Below, in pieces: positions 36,601-49,700 of a DNA stretch of 64,000 bases. Positions within the stretch are counted from its first letter, which is position 1. Every line of letters starts with the position of its first letter. Origin of the DNA: Anthoceros angustus (Eukaryota; Plantae; Anthocerotophyta); assembly GCA_010909165.1 (NCBI GenBank), contig VJWM01000118.1, positions 310,001 through 374,000 of the forward strand, read 5' to 3'. Under the pieces are notes generated by a model. The model saw nothing but the letters and a program-made list of their open reading frames with translations. It had not been told where the DNA came from and did not search any database. The translations under genes and the position numbers were made by a program.

Positions 36601-39600
36601 GGAGGGTCTGCCCGCGAGGTCTGGCGAGTGGTCTGCCCGCGAGGTCTGACGGAGGGTCTGCCCGGCAGGTCTGGCGAGGGTCTGCCCGGCAGGTTCGAGA
36701 GGGTCTGCCCGGGTAGGTTCGATGGAGGGTCTGCCCGCGAGGTCGGAGGGTCTGCCCGGCGAGGTCCGGAGTGGTCTGCGCGAGGTCGGCGAGTCTGCCC
36801 GGGCAAGTCTCGAGAGGTCCGAGTGGTCTCGCCGGTGGTTTAGTTGGTGGGCACGCCGCATGGATCTACGCGGCGGGAAGTACCGTGCAAGAAGTCCGCA
36901 GTGATGAGCTACGCATGGTTACCACGACTGTTAGGTACACATAAGGTGGTTAGATACATACATAGGCGGTTAGTTAGGTATGAGTATATAGGAAGGCTCG
37001 CGCCCAAGACGGCATTATCCTGGTACCATCTTCGGCCTGTGGTGTTTGCCTTCCGTGCTCGAGGAGCGAGTGAGTTCTCCGCCACTGCAGGTGATTAATT
37101 GGTGGTAGAGGGATGTGTTAGAGCTCGTGACGAGCCCGCCAACACGCTTGATGGGTGCACTCGGACCCGAGCTGGGAGGTGCTCATGGTGATTTCTCGTA
37201 GACTAACCTTGAGGCTGAACGAGGCTGGGGATGGCGCGCAAACGTCAGGATTAGGAGGCGCTGGGGTGAGTCAGCCTTGAGGTCACTGAACGGAGGCGAT
37301 GGTGGAAGCCACTAACGTGAGGATTAGGAGGCGCTTGGGGTGACTCAGGGCGGAAGCCATCCTTGAGGTCACTGAACGGAGGTCGGGGATGCAGGAAGCC
37401 ACGAACGTGAAGCACCCGGAGGGGATTAGGAGGCGCTTGGGGTGACTCGGGCGGAAGCCATCCTTGAGGCTGAACGGGAGGGGGGTGCAGTCAGCTATCC
37501 GCAGAACGTGAAGCACCAAGGGGCAAAGGCCCGGTGTGAATACATCGTTGTGTGTGACTACCACCGGAATGGACAAGGGAGAAGGGTCGTATGGCGCGTG
37601 TGTTGAGGTGGAGTTGTGGCGACAGAGTTGAGGAGCGCCGGGCGCTTAGAGTACGAGATCGATGGGGAACGCCGCTAAACCTGCTCCTAGTAATCGAGAA
37701 ACCGGGTTTGTGGAAGGTCCGGTCGCGCTACCGTCCGACGAGTTGTGGAGGGGCACACACTTAGGTTGTGGAGCCGCCGACCCAACATGATGAAGTCCGC
37801 TCAGCGATAGGGTCAGAGCTCAAAGCAGACCATTCCTGGGAACGGACCTTCCTACAACGACACGGATTGTGCGCGCCTTTACCGCTATCAGAAAGTCGCC
37901 ACATTTTGGCGCTGCCGGGAATGGTATTGCTGTGGATCGCCCGAGTAGGTAGCAGGAGTAGGACGCGCGATTGCGCTTGTGGATGGGTGTAATGGTCGGG
38001 CGCTTGTGGAGTATAGAATAGGGAGGATGCACAGACCGACGCCGAGGGTGCGAATCAGCGGGAGGCCCAAAGATGCTCAAAGGGAGAAAGAAGATGGGCA
38101 CGCGCCCGGGAGGACGGCACATCAACCTCGGAGGAGGAGGGCGACTCATCCTCAACGGAGGATGAATCTTGCAAAAAGGTTCCAATGTTGGGACTTGGCC
38201 GACACCGAGGAGGTAGTAAAAGAGAAGGGAGAGTCCACGGAAGCGGAGACAGCCTGGGTGTTGACAGGCCGCCAATGCATGAGAAGGGAGTATGTGGAGT
38301 GCCAAACTGTCCGTCCTTGTCTTAGGCTTGTTTTGTTTTTTTGGTCATATCGCTAAGAGGGATAGGGAGGAGTTAGCCAATAAGGCTGTTGGCCGATTGC
38401 ACTTAGCAATCCCTAGACCCTGGTCCGTCTGGAGAGGTCCACGAGTGGTCCGTCTGGCGAGGTCCGACGGAGGGTCTGCCCGGCGAGGTCTGATGGAGTG
38501 GTCTGCCCCGAGGTCTGGCGGAGGGTCTGCCCGGCGAGGGTCTGACGGAGGGTCTGCCGGCGAGGGTCTGGCGAGTGGTCTGCCCGGCGAGGTCTGGATG
38601 GAGGGTCTGCCCGGCGAGGTCTGGCGAGGGTCTGCCCGGCGAGGGGAGGGTCTGCCCGGCGGGTCACGAGGGTCTGCTCGGGCGAGGTCCGGAGTGGTCT
38701 GCGGGCAGGTCTGATGGAGGGTCTGCCCGAGGTCGACGGAGGGTCTGCCTGCGAGGTCACGGAGTGGTCTGCCGAGAGGTCCGCGGAGGGTTCGCCGGTG
38801 GTTTGGTGGGTACGCCTATGGATTTACCGCTTTGCTGGGAAGTACTGCAAGAAGTCCGCAAGTTGATGAGCTACGCCCCGCGTTACGACCTGTGGTTAGG
38901 GTACATACATAGGTGGTTAGGATACATATTAGGTTAGGTGGGAGTATATAGGAAGGCTCAAGGCCCAAGACGGCACTATCCCGGTACCATCTTCGGCCTG
39001 CGGTGTTTGCCTTCCGTGCTCGAGGAGCGGAGTGAGTTCCGCGCCACCGCAGGTGATTGTGGTAGAGGGATGTTTAGAGCTCGTGACGAGCCCGCCAACA
39101 CGCTTGATGGGTGCATGGTCGGACTCGAGCCTGTGGAGGTGCTCGCGGGTGATTTCGTAGACTAACCTTGGAGGTCTTGAACGGAGAGGCCGTGGGATGT
39201 ATGGGCAGTAACGTGAAGCCGGAGGGGATTAGGAGGCGCTTGGGGTGACTCATGGGCGGAAGCCATCCTTGAGGCCGCTGAACGGAGGTCGGGGATGTGC
39301 CAAGCCACTTCTCCGTAACGTGAAGGCCTGAGGGGATTAGGAGGCGCTTGGGGTGACTCGGGCGGAAGCCATCCTTGAGGTCACTGAACGGAGGTCAGGT
39401 GCAGGCCGCGGCTTACTCCGCAACGTGAAGCACCGAAGGGGCAAAGGCCCGTGAATACATCGCGTGTTGGTGTTGTGACTACTAGCCGGAATGGATAAGG
39501 AGAAGGGTCGTGCGGGGTGTGTTGAGGTGGAGTTGTGGAGAGTTGAGGAGCGCCGGGCGCTTAGAGTACGAGATCATGGGGAACGCCCGCTAAACCCGCT

Positions 39601-39835
39601 CCTGAGTAATCGAGAAACCCGTGGTTGTGGAAGGTCCGGCACGCGCTGGCCCCGTCCGACGAGTTGTGGAGGGGCACACACTTAGGGTTGTGGAGCCGGA
39701 CCCAACATGATGAAGTCCGCTCAGCGATAGGGTAGAGCTCTGTGCGTACAAGCACGGTGACCATTCCCTGGGAACGAACTCCTACAACGACACGGATTGT
39801 GCGCGCCTGCTGGCTTATCGCCGAAAGTCGCTACG

Positions 39836-40135
39836 CACTGTACACCCCTTTTGGCCGAGATGTGATGCTGAAAATGGTTTGATCGTGACCAAGCAAACCC
39901 TTTTTCCCTCCGCTTCCACAAAATATCAAAAACCGCTGCTTTAAGACCCATTACAAACCCCTCTCTTCGCCATTCACAAAACCCATCGAAAGTATATTCT
40001 CTCAAAGCCACACATAAAACCCAATTCTTGTTACGCTTAGTAGGTGCTAAGTGTGCCTCACCCACAAGAAAAGTCGTCTTCTCTCCATTACAACAAGCCG
40101 CTGCTTGAGGAAAATGAGATTTGTGAAGCCTTAAT
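39836..40135 (-). pseudogene. 5' portion of the methyltransferase-containing ORF, displaced by the LTR-array insertion
   Basis: About 100 open codons ending ...SAKRGVQC; they join in frame to CPYSQTY... at 32515 when the insertion is removed at the shared CACTG(T). Confidence 0.55.
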
Positions 40136-43100
40136 TAGATGAAAAGGGTCGACAACAAGGCGAGAGCGATTATGTGTAAGCTCCGGAAGGATGCTTCAAG
40201 ATCCGATTTTTGAATCTCAATTTGGAGATTTCAATAAGATAGCACGCAATCCAAAGCAATAGAATACCTGCGGAGCCTCGCACAGTGACCCTCTCTCGGA
40301 TCCCCACTGTTTATATTCTTGAGTAGAAGCTTGGGTTTTCCGCGGGTTTTATGTGACCTTGTTTTATTCCAACAGAGCCCTTGCCGGAACTCACCGCAGG
40401 CACTAGGCCTGCAGGTTCACTTTGCGCAGTAGCTCAACTACTTGGAATCGCTATCCCTACATCATCACTTTGCGTTTCACAAAACTACTTTATGCCCGGT
40501 TGTTGCAACTATTTAAGATAGATTTTATATAATATAATAAATATCAGGACTTCTAAAGAGTCGTTGACATATCAACCCATGCCAAAACTTTGTGCTTAGT
40601 GGACTTTAACGGGATCATAGTTTTTTTTAGTGGTTAACTCCAAAAGGGCCAGCCCTTTGTGTTCAACTTAGAAAACTATGTCTTTAACGTTTATCTTGGT
40701 TATTTATGTGATTCAAATTGTGAAGAAAAAGTAATGTAATTAGACACAAAACCATTTCTCAAAGCTCTTCATCATTCAAACCGATGCTTGGACAAGCTAT
40801 CAATAGCCTCTATTGTGTATTTCGTTGTCGTTAAAAGATAAATTTTATTTCATTTTGAGTTGATGAACTTTGCATTAAATTGATGGGACACCAGCTGGGA
40901 ATAACAATAATTCAACAAACACTTGATTGAAGATATTATCCATTATTAGAGACATTCATACAATTTTGTTAAGATTTAATTTTTCACTAAAAGATTTATA
41001 TTAATTAGATTATTATTTTATCAACACCTAAAAGAATTCAGTGGCGCAACAAAAGAACACTATGATCATACAACATGCTCATATTTGGTGTTTCAATTTA
41101 ATTCCAATGGATCAATACTGCGACGAGGATTTAACTTCCTTTGATCTTTCTAGAAAGTCTAGTAGTGTCCTTTGTACCCACATACATGGTTGTCTTGTGC
41201 AAAAACCGAGAGAACGGCCGTTGGCCCCCTGCACTCGGATCGGTGACTGATTTAATATGGTACAAGATTTTTGTGCGTGTTAGAAGTTTAGTGCATATCA
41301 ATATACTATAAGACCCATGTCAATATTCCTCCAAAAATAGCACGCGGAAGGGCTAAAGACATATCGAGCTCAAGGACTACCAGTGCTAGCACTTGATTTA
41401 TGTCTCCTTTTGAAAAGCTATGGCTTGCAAATTGCTAGTTATCTCTTAGGATAGTACTTGCCAGATATATCGATGTATGTGGTACATTGACGTTACAAGA
41501 GTAAACACACTTTATTCCATAATTTGGATTGCGATACTAGCCTGGCAAGCTTGCAGAGTTTTTTGTTCTAGACCTATGGATTTCTTCATCTAGAAAGGTA
41601 GTGAGTGAATACATAGCTCTTTCTTCACTTAAGAGATAATAGAGTCTAACTTCAAGAGTTAAGAAGTCGGGTAGGCACCCCATTCTATGGACAACCATCA
41701 ATTCTGAATTATGGAGTAATTAGGTGGGCCTGTAAACTATATATGTATGGATCTTGTATACCTCAAATGCTTTGCAAACCATATTATCTCGCAATTAATG
41801 TTCATTATGGTGGAAGCTTTCAGGTGAATGAATTTAAAATTTTGAACCTTGCAAATTGGGTATATGAGGCTGACTTTTCAGTAGCCAATTCTATGGCATG
41901 AAGCAGTAGTATCCTACTATATGTTTGATGATGTAGAAAATAAACTAGATGTAGAAATCACAACTTATAAAAAAACGTTGTTTATGCCTATTCCAACAAG
42001 ATGAAACCATAACTACTTGATTCATATTGACTTTTTTCGGTTGTGAATGTTGTTGATCTGTTCCAACTTCAACGGGCACAACGAGTTGGCATTCATGCAT
42101 CATGATCCCTTCCCAAAATAGAATGTTAATTTTCATCCTGAAGTTAGAAATAGAATCTCCAATGATTAAATTGATGAACGTAAAGAGTAAGTTGTTACTC
42201 TCAAGCCTCTCTATTGGTGTCCTACTAGGGGAGGTGGTGTGCTCCATTGAAAAAGTACACATGTTTAGTGGGCATGCATTTATTGAATGAGAAGGTGATG
42301 ACGCATGCAATAGGGACATTAATAATCAAAACGGGGAACAAGTTTTTAAGGATGTCATTAACTGCCACGTTTATCAATGATGAGGAGGTGAGAGATTTCC
42401 TAGGCTTTGCAACCGTTATTAGCGGCAGAGGCTGAACATGTCGCACTTGAGATTGAGGAATGCGGTTCTGAATATCAATTCGCCTTTGAGGATACAAATA
42501 AGTATTGTCATGTTGTACCACTACCCTTTATTTTGACCACAGAGGACGTCGCTGGTAGTCTCTGGGACGACTACGTTAAGCTTTCTGCGCATGTTTATAA
42601 AAGTATGAGAGTGATATGTGGAGTCAGGGATGTGTGACATATCCTCATTTTAAACAGGTCTAGATGAATATAACTATGCACGCCTGTATGGCGCGACTCT
42701 TGTCAGATGGCTACCGGCCGCAAGACAATCCCGCATGTCGCTTTGTGGTGGAAGAAGTCCGCCCTCATGGGAAATGATAGGTTCGCCATCATGCTGCTTC
42801 GTGTGATTCTCACTGGCCCTAGCGCTGCTCAAACCTCAACACATACTCCTAACTACTCACAACGCTCACCGACAGCCCGTATGGCTAAACGCTTAGGACC
42901 TCTCCCAGATTGCTCACATACATACATCCTCACGATCCGGCCCTTTCCTCTCCCTCACGCTACACTTCGCCTTAGAAAAGACGCTGGTTACGCAGCCCCG
43001 ACCTCCTCCGCTGCTCACGGCCTCTCCGCCGGCTCTACACGCTCCCGAGTTCCTCCGCTACACGCTCCAAATTGCCTGTCCGGGCCGGCTCCGGACGAGC

Positions 43101-43270
43101 ACGGGTCACCGCCACCCTTCCCCGCACACACCACAACGCTAAGTCCGTCCGACCTTGATCAATCTCCCGAGCTGTGGCTCGCCGGACTCAGACTCACGTT
43201 AGCAAGAAGACTCACAAAGGTCCGCAAGAACGCATCAACACCAAGAGAAAGATGCTTTACTAGAGCACCA

Positions 43271-43280
43271 CTCTTATATC
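43271..43280 (-). promoter_or_regulatory. Candidate LTR TATA box (GATATAAGAG)
   Basis: Conserved in all three minus-strand LTR copies, ~590 bp from the LTR 3' end and downstream of the GGTCCGGAC array. Confidence 0.4.
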
Positions 43281-43960
43281 GCGCCCAAGGCCTTTATTAC
43301 ACCCCTATTCGAAATGATAGCCACCCAGATACCCTAATCGCCACCATCCTATTTCCCCCTATCTCCTTCACGACTGTGGAAGGTCCGGCCCCCGGAATGG
43401 GTGGTCCAACTCGCCCCGATAGCCAGGTGCACCCAATCGGATGATCCGTGAGGCGGGCCCTCCTCTCCCGAATCGCCGTTACACCGGCTGCCGACAACCG
43501 CCACGACGCCATCCTCCTCGCCTCCTCGGGTCCTTCACGTGGGGCCACCATTCGCTTCCCTAGCGTAAGTCGGGGCTCCTCATCGCCGCACCGGCCCTCG
43601 AGTCTGCCTCGACTCAACTCGTGAGTCCGCGACCGTCCCGGCCAGGTCCGACCTTGTTCGGGTCCGACCTCGTGGTCCGACACGGGTCCTGGACTTCGTG
43701 GTCCGACGACTCGGGTCCGGACCCGACTTACGAGGTCCGGACTGTGGTCCGGCCTCCGGGTCCGGACAAAGTCCGACTCACGCCCACCCGGTTTCTCCCT
43801 CACGGACCTCCGTGGCTCTCCTCAAGTCCTCCCTGCTCGATCGCTCAAGTGACTCCTTCTGGCCCTCCTTCCATGGTGAGGTGCGGTGCTTACCTCGCCG
43901 ATCCGCCGCCTCGTTTCCGCCTCCGCCGCTCCTCTCCGCCCGCTATCTTCAAACAGGCCA

Positions 43961-46333
43961 CTAGGGTCCCTGTGGGCCCCTGTGGCCTTCATCTCCTTCG
44001 AGCCTTCGGGTCCGTCTGCTTGCGGCCGAGAGGCTTCTACCGCTCAGAGCTCGTGGTAATAGGCAAAGTCCGAATCGACTTGTTGAATTGCTCTTCCACG
44101 TGTGCCCGAGCACCCGATACTCCTCCGCCATAAGTGTTCCGGAGCCGGGCGGCCGCCGCTTGTTGGGCCACCTCCCCGCCAGACGGATACCGGAGCCGGG
44201 TCAGATCACGCGAGGCTACAAGGGCGGCCTCTCCTCGTACCGCCACTGCTGTTCCACCCGCCCAGCCTCTGCTTCCTCCATTGCCACCATCGCCATAGCG
44301 CATTCCCTTCCGCCTCTCACCGGGACCAGCTTTTTCGCTCTGCTCAAGGCCTCCGCTCATTCTCGCGCCTCCCTCTCCAGCGTGACCTCCGTCCGACCGA
44401 CTTCCTCCCTCCTTCGTAGCTCGGCAACGCCCAACTCCTCGATAGTCGCCGATTTTCCTCCGCCTCGTGACGGAGCCGAGGCACTCTATTTCGTGCTCGA
44501 GGTCGTGGATTCTCTCGCTGAGAATCACCGCCTCCGACGCATCTTGGAGTTGTAGCCCTGTCCTTGCTGCCTCCATCTCGCCGCCTCCTCTACTTCCGCA
44601 CTGTACTGAGATCTCCTATCTCCCGAGTGCCGCCTCCATCTCCTCCTCGCCTCCATAGCCGCCTGCGGCGCCTTCGAGTTAGCCTCCCGTCATACTCTCT
44701 CCACCGGCCCGATCACGTCAGAGTGATCCGCCGCTTGCCGCGGCTTCCACCTTCGCCGCTTTTACTGGCTCCCACTTGGCGCCGCTTAGCCGGCCGCCCG
44801 CCAGTCCCGAGCTCTCTCGCTTGTGCCCGGCCTCTTCCGCCTCGCCTTCCCCTTCGCCGCAAAGGTCCTCCGCCCGCGCTGGGCCTCGAGCTTGCTTCAC
44901 TGCAGACACAAGAACCTTGGCCCCCGAACCGCCTCCTCAAGGCTTCCACCCTTCCTCGATCCGAGCGAGGGACTCCGCCTTTGCCCCCGGGCCGCCTCAC
45001 TTGCTCTTGGAGTTCCACCATCCTCCTCCGGTGGCCTCCACTCGGGTCTTCTCACTGCACTACGAGACCCCAAAGCATTCCGGCCCATGACGGTAGCTGT
45101 GACTCGCCGTGTTTCTTCCACGGCCGCCACTGAGGCCCCCAAAGTCCGTAGTGGGAGCCGGCATTTCTCCGCCAAGGACCTCTGCAGCCCGAGTAAGTCC
45201 GGACTGGGTTCTCCGGACCTAATCAGACCTCAGTCCCGAGTGGTGAGGTCCGAGTCTCACCCTCTTGGCCCTCTTGGCCTCTAACTCCTTTGTGCCTCTT
45301 TCTCCTGGGCCTTGAGGAGGTGAGGGGGTCCGGAGCAAGCTCTTGCCCCTGGGACAGACTGCCTGGGTGGGCCGCTGACCTCCGCCTCCTTGGGCCACGT
45401 CCCTTCTCGCCTCCTACCGCCTCACCTCTTACACCTGCAAGGTGGGTGGCACCGGCACCTTCCGAGGTGCCGCAGGCGGCACCGCCTTCCGCCTCGCCCC
45501 GCTGAGTTCGCCGGGCTCAGCCGTGGGTTGGTCGTCTCGCCGGTGCCGGAGCCGCCAACGCCTCCAGACGCCCTCCCGGCCCGCCTCCGAGGGGCACCAA
45601 AAGGAGGGAAGGGGAATCGCCTCCCAAACTTCCCCGGTGGTGAGGGGTTCGCCCAGACGATGGAGTCCGAATCCTCCTGCCCTCCTCCCGAGTCCGCTTG
45701 GTCTCAAGGACGACCCCACCCGCGCCTTGCACGCCTTTCGGGTGGCCTCCACCCCTTCCCGAGCCTGCTCAAGCTCTCCTCCTTCAGAGCTCAAATGTCC
45801 CCATACATGAATCAATGGGTCACCGATGGCGAGGGCTTCGCCTCTTAGCTTGCGGCTCCCGATCGAACCGGCGAAGATAATCCTTCCCGCCCGCCTTCCT
45901 CACCGAGCGCATGGAATACTAACAGTTATCACCAAGGTGATCCACCTTGGTGAGTGTTCCAATGGATAATGATCCGCCACCGCCTTACTCGACCGCCCCA
46001 GACGGATATCAACCATCCGCTGGTTGTCCGCTGCCTGTGCCTCGACGCCACGGCTGGCCCTATCTTCCCTTCGCCTTAAGGCCTGCACCACTTCTTCCTC
46101 CTTCTGCGCCATCAGCCCTCAGACCTCCAAGGTCCATCGCCTGGTCCTCCGGAGGTTCTGGATCAACTCCTGTTGGCGCCACAACATCCGCAACTCCTCG
46201 ACACGCTGGAGGTCCGATCTCGAATCATCCGGTGCCATTCCCTCAATTTCGCCTCCACCGCCCAAGTCCGATAGCGGTCACGGCGAGCCCACGAGGGCCA
46301 TGGCTCCTGGGATTCCGCCGCTTTTGGTGCCAT
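43961..46333 (-). pseudogene. LTR-internal accessory ORF, copy 2 (frameshifted)
   Basis: ATG GCA CCA AAA at 46333 and TAG at 43961-63. Includes ELQLQDASEAVILSERIHDLEHEIECLG and ...AHVEEQFNKSIRTLPITT. Confidence 0.45.
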
Positions 46334-46659
46334 TGCCCTCCTGTGGGGCCGAGTCCGGCACGCGCCTCCTTCGCTTCACTGCCTCCAACCACGGGCCTTT
46401 ACGACGGGCCTGATACGCCAGGGCCTGTTATGGGCGCAAGGGCCTGGTTGCCGGGCTCCTGCCTCCTCGGCCGGCCAGGGCACTCGGAGCGCCTGCTGTC
46501 CGTGACTGTGGGGTCCGTTGTTCACTGAGTCCGAGTATACTCCGAGCCTCGTCCAAGCGCTACCCCAATTTATTCCTCCTTTCCGCCTTTATTTATCCTT
46601 CAATCCTAAAAACAGAAACCCTACTTATTTCTTAACTCCTGTGAAGTGCATAGCCCACA

Positions 46660-46673
46660 TACTCCCTTCTCAT
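46660..46673 (-). promoter_or_regulatory. Polypurine tract
   Basis: ATGAGAAGGGAGTA immediately before TGTGG and just after the integrase C-terminus; equivalent at 57358-57370. Confidence 0.65.
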
Positions 46674-46719
46674 CTGCTATGCCTCCGCCAACACTAAGCA
46701 TGATACTTCTTCACCCGCC

Positions 46720-49700
46720 ACCCGCTACCCGAGTGGGCACAGCCCATCTAGTCCGTCAGATGGACGACTGTCATATACTTGCACCACTTGGTACGGACCC
46801 ATCCATCTCGTGAAGTTTGCCGGAAAATGCAACGACTATCATAAAGGAGGGCCAGTCCCTTCCTTTACATACTCCCGATTCCGCACGCGATCGTACAAAT
46901 CTTCACCGGTTTTGCACCAATGCATCTTCACCGAGCTTCTTCCCCGTCCTCGTAACAAACCCCAAGAGTCGCCGAGCTGGCTTTCCTCCCCGCCTCCTTC
47001 CATCATTACTCAAAAGTGGGCACTTCAAACCCACCGCATTACGGAGAGTGTCCGAGGTCAAGAAGGGTCCGTTGTGTGGTCACCTTCTCTGTCCGAACGC
47101 CCACAAGGCGGATGGCCCTGGTATCCCTCATGGGCGTAGTTCATCGTGAGTTTATTCAGATCCCGCAGATGAGCCCATTTGTCTTCTCTCACCCCATTGG
47201 CCTTAGGATTGTAGGGTGCCGCTTCATGATTGATGCAAATACTCCATGGCGGCCACCATCATTAAGGAAATGGGTTCCCCTATCACTTACCAACCGCAGG
47301 GACATCACTGGGTTATGATGTTCTCGTGTGAATTTGGCCACGGTTTATGGAGTCCGCTCTTGTCGCCACCGCCTACCCACCGGTGTGAGTCTGCCACCGT
47401 GATGTATCTCCTTTGTGTGTGTCTTGTCGAGGTCAGAGTAGGTCCAACAAAGTCAATACCCCACTTTTAAAGGTGCCGCCAATATCGGTACTAGCGGCCA
47501 CCGTGTCGTCGGGGTTGGCTTTCCGATCCACGACAAGCATCACACTTCTTCACAAAGCGGTGGGTGTCCCCATACATTGTTGGCCACCAAGATCCGCCTA
47601 AAATCTTTTGGTGGTGACTGCTGTAGTGTCCTCCCCAATCCGTGCATTCCCTCGACGACCGCCTCCTCTCGCCGGCAAGTACCTTCGTTACTCCGCCCCT
47701 AATTTGAACACACACACCGTTGTACATTCAAGGGTCGAGCATAGTGCACGAATGCCTCCTCTCCCACGAGTCGATGGAAGCTCCATTCCCGAGGTACCGC
47801 CCATTTCTTCAGAGGTTTGCCGGCGACCCTCCCTTCCGCTCGCTAAGGCCGCTCGTAGCTTGGGGTTCTCGGCCGGCTCCTCCGCTGTACTTTTACCGCG
47901 CAACCAATGTCTCATCCGGAACGCATCTTCCGATCTCTCAACACCGCCTGCTTTTCAATCGCGAGAAATTGCATTTTGGTGCCGCCTCCCTTGTCTTGTT
48001 TCCACTTCAACGTGAACTCCTGCAGCAACAATATCCACCTTGCTATCCGTCCGGACAGTCCGCTTTATTCACCGATGCTTCAGCAAAGTGGTCTACATAG
48101 AACACAAAGGTAGTAGTAGTGGAATTTCTTGACAAGATATACCATACCCAAGTGCTTCGGCTCAGTAGTTGTGTATTTTCTCTGGGTGAGCCGTCCAAAT
48201 AGTATACGGATAATCCCCGCTTGTCGTTCCGCTCAAGACTACTCCGATAGCAAAAGCGGACATCTACATACACATGAAATTTCTGCTCCAGGGTCCTCTT
48301 AGAACCGTGCGCTTACCAAGGTGTTCTCAGAATCCCGAAGGCCTCCTCTCGCTCCCTGTGACTGTGTCCAAACCTCCTCCTTCCGCAGAGTTCCGCCAAC
48401 TTAGCCGCCTTCGCAAAGTCCTTAATAAACCGGTAGTATCCCACCATTGTGAAACCTCTCACCTTTAGGTTCGTCGGGCCGAGATGGATGACCCGGACCT
48501 TGTCCCGTCCACCTCGATTCCCCGCGCCGACACCCGATGTCCCAGAAGATTCCTCCGTCATTCCAAAGTAGCATTTCGGTGTAGGCTCAATTGAGTCTCC
48601 CAGCGCTCAAGCACCTTCTTAGATGCCCAAGGTGTTTGTCCCGCTCCCCATGCACAAAAAATCATCCAGAATATCTCCATGAAGTCCCTCGAAGTCACTA
48701 AGACGTTGGTCACCATACGCATGAACGACCGGCGCCCGGTCATCCCAAAGGCACTTCTCTTGTAGGCAAACGCAACTCGTAGTGAAGGTCGTCTTGTCCC
48801 ACCGACTTAGGTGCAATTGGTTGTATCCGAGTAGCCATCCGGAAGGAGTAAGTAGTCCGTCCACCACCTTGTCCAAAATGTCGTCACGAATGGCATCGGA
48901 AGTGGTCCTTCTCGCGGCGTTGAGCTTCCTCCAATCTTGGCATACCCGAATTTGTCTGGCTGCTTGGGAACCACCACAAGCGACCCACTCGCTGACGATG
49001 GGGAAAATGATGTCCTCCGTACTTATCAAGGACCTCCTTCACCTTGATCGAATACTTGGGGTTGAGATTGTCGGATTCGACCGCACCGCCTCGGCTTCAA
49101 ATCGATCTTATGCTCTCCACTTCTAATGCCCTTCATGTCCGTGACCTTGAAGGCGAACACCTCAAAACTCCCCAAGTGCTTTAGTCCTTCCTTCAGTCCG
49201 GAGGCATGCCTTTCTTAAACTTCGAATTTGCTGGCCGGACCTCCACTTCTTCCACGTCCGGGTTCACCGCCTCCTGCTCGTGCCTGGCTGCCCAAACCCC
49301 TCGTCCTCCACTCGGGATCGTCCTCTCGCATCCCCATTCTCTCAAGAGCTCGTGGAGGTGAATCGTGTTACTCCTTCGATGTCCGCTTTTCCTTGGTCCG
49401 ACTCTTCACTGTCTCCCCTTGTGCCGGTCCGACCTCCTTCACTTCCTTCCTCCAGCCAGGCGTTACTCAAAACAATCAACCACTTCACCAAAGGCATCCC
49501 GGTAGTCCATCTCCTCCTCGGACCGGATCTTGCCTCCTCGAACTATCTTGTTCGCCTGGAGTCCTCCACGAGGTATACCCTTCCGTAGTGCTCAGCTTTC
49601 CCCACAATAGGTGTCCTTGCTCCAGGTGATAGCAACCCTTCCTTCTCGCACCTTAGGGTCCCAGTCCACCGGCTTGAAGTGAATCTCCTTCCTTCCAAAG

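Larger units (their letters stand above)
32516..39835 (+). mobile_element. Tandem array of a non-autonomous LTR retroelement (4 LTRs of ~1.5-1.6 kb, 3 non-coding internal spacers of ~0.3-0.4 kb)
   Basis: LTRs 32516-33989, 34376-35990, ~36279-37903 and 38293-39835 start TGTGGAGTGCC and end GTCGCCACA (termini of the 3rd and 4th copies are degraded). PBS-like TGGCGCTGC(T/C)GGGAA follows LTRs 1-3, PPT ATGAGAAGGGAGTA precedes LTRs 2 and 4 (degraded before LTR 3), and CACTG(T) occurs at both outer ends. No gag/pol. Confidence 0.85.
42685..46659 (-). repeat. 3' LTR, ~4.0 kb
   Basis: Minus strand begins TGTGGGCTATGCAC right after the PPT and ends at the noisy equivalent of ...GCCACA. Collinear with 52096-57357 and 1-4697. 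Confidence 0.7.

Noticed and set aside
32670-38790. GC-rich short-repeat arrays resembling CRISPR arrays
   Set aside because: Units are contiguous and degenerate with no unique spacers or cas genes, the context is eukaryotic, and they recur at the same position in each LTR.
41921-42684. Possible decayed MULE-like or other transposase frame (…YWCPTRGGG…AEHVALEIEE…)
   Set aside because: Stop density is near chance for AT-rich DNA and no catalytic motif is visible.
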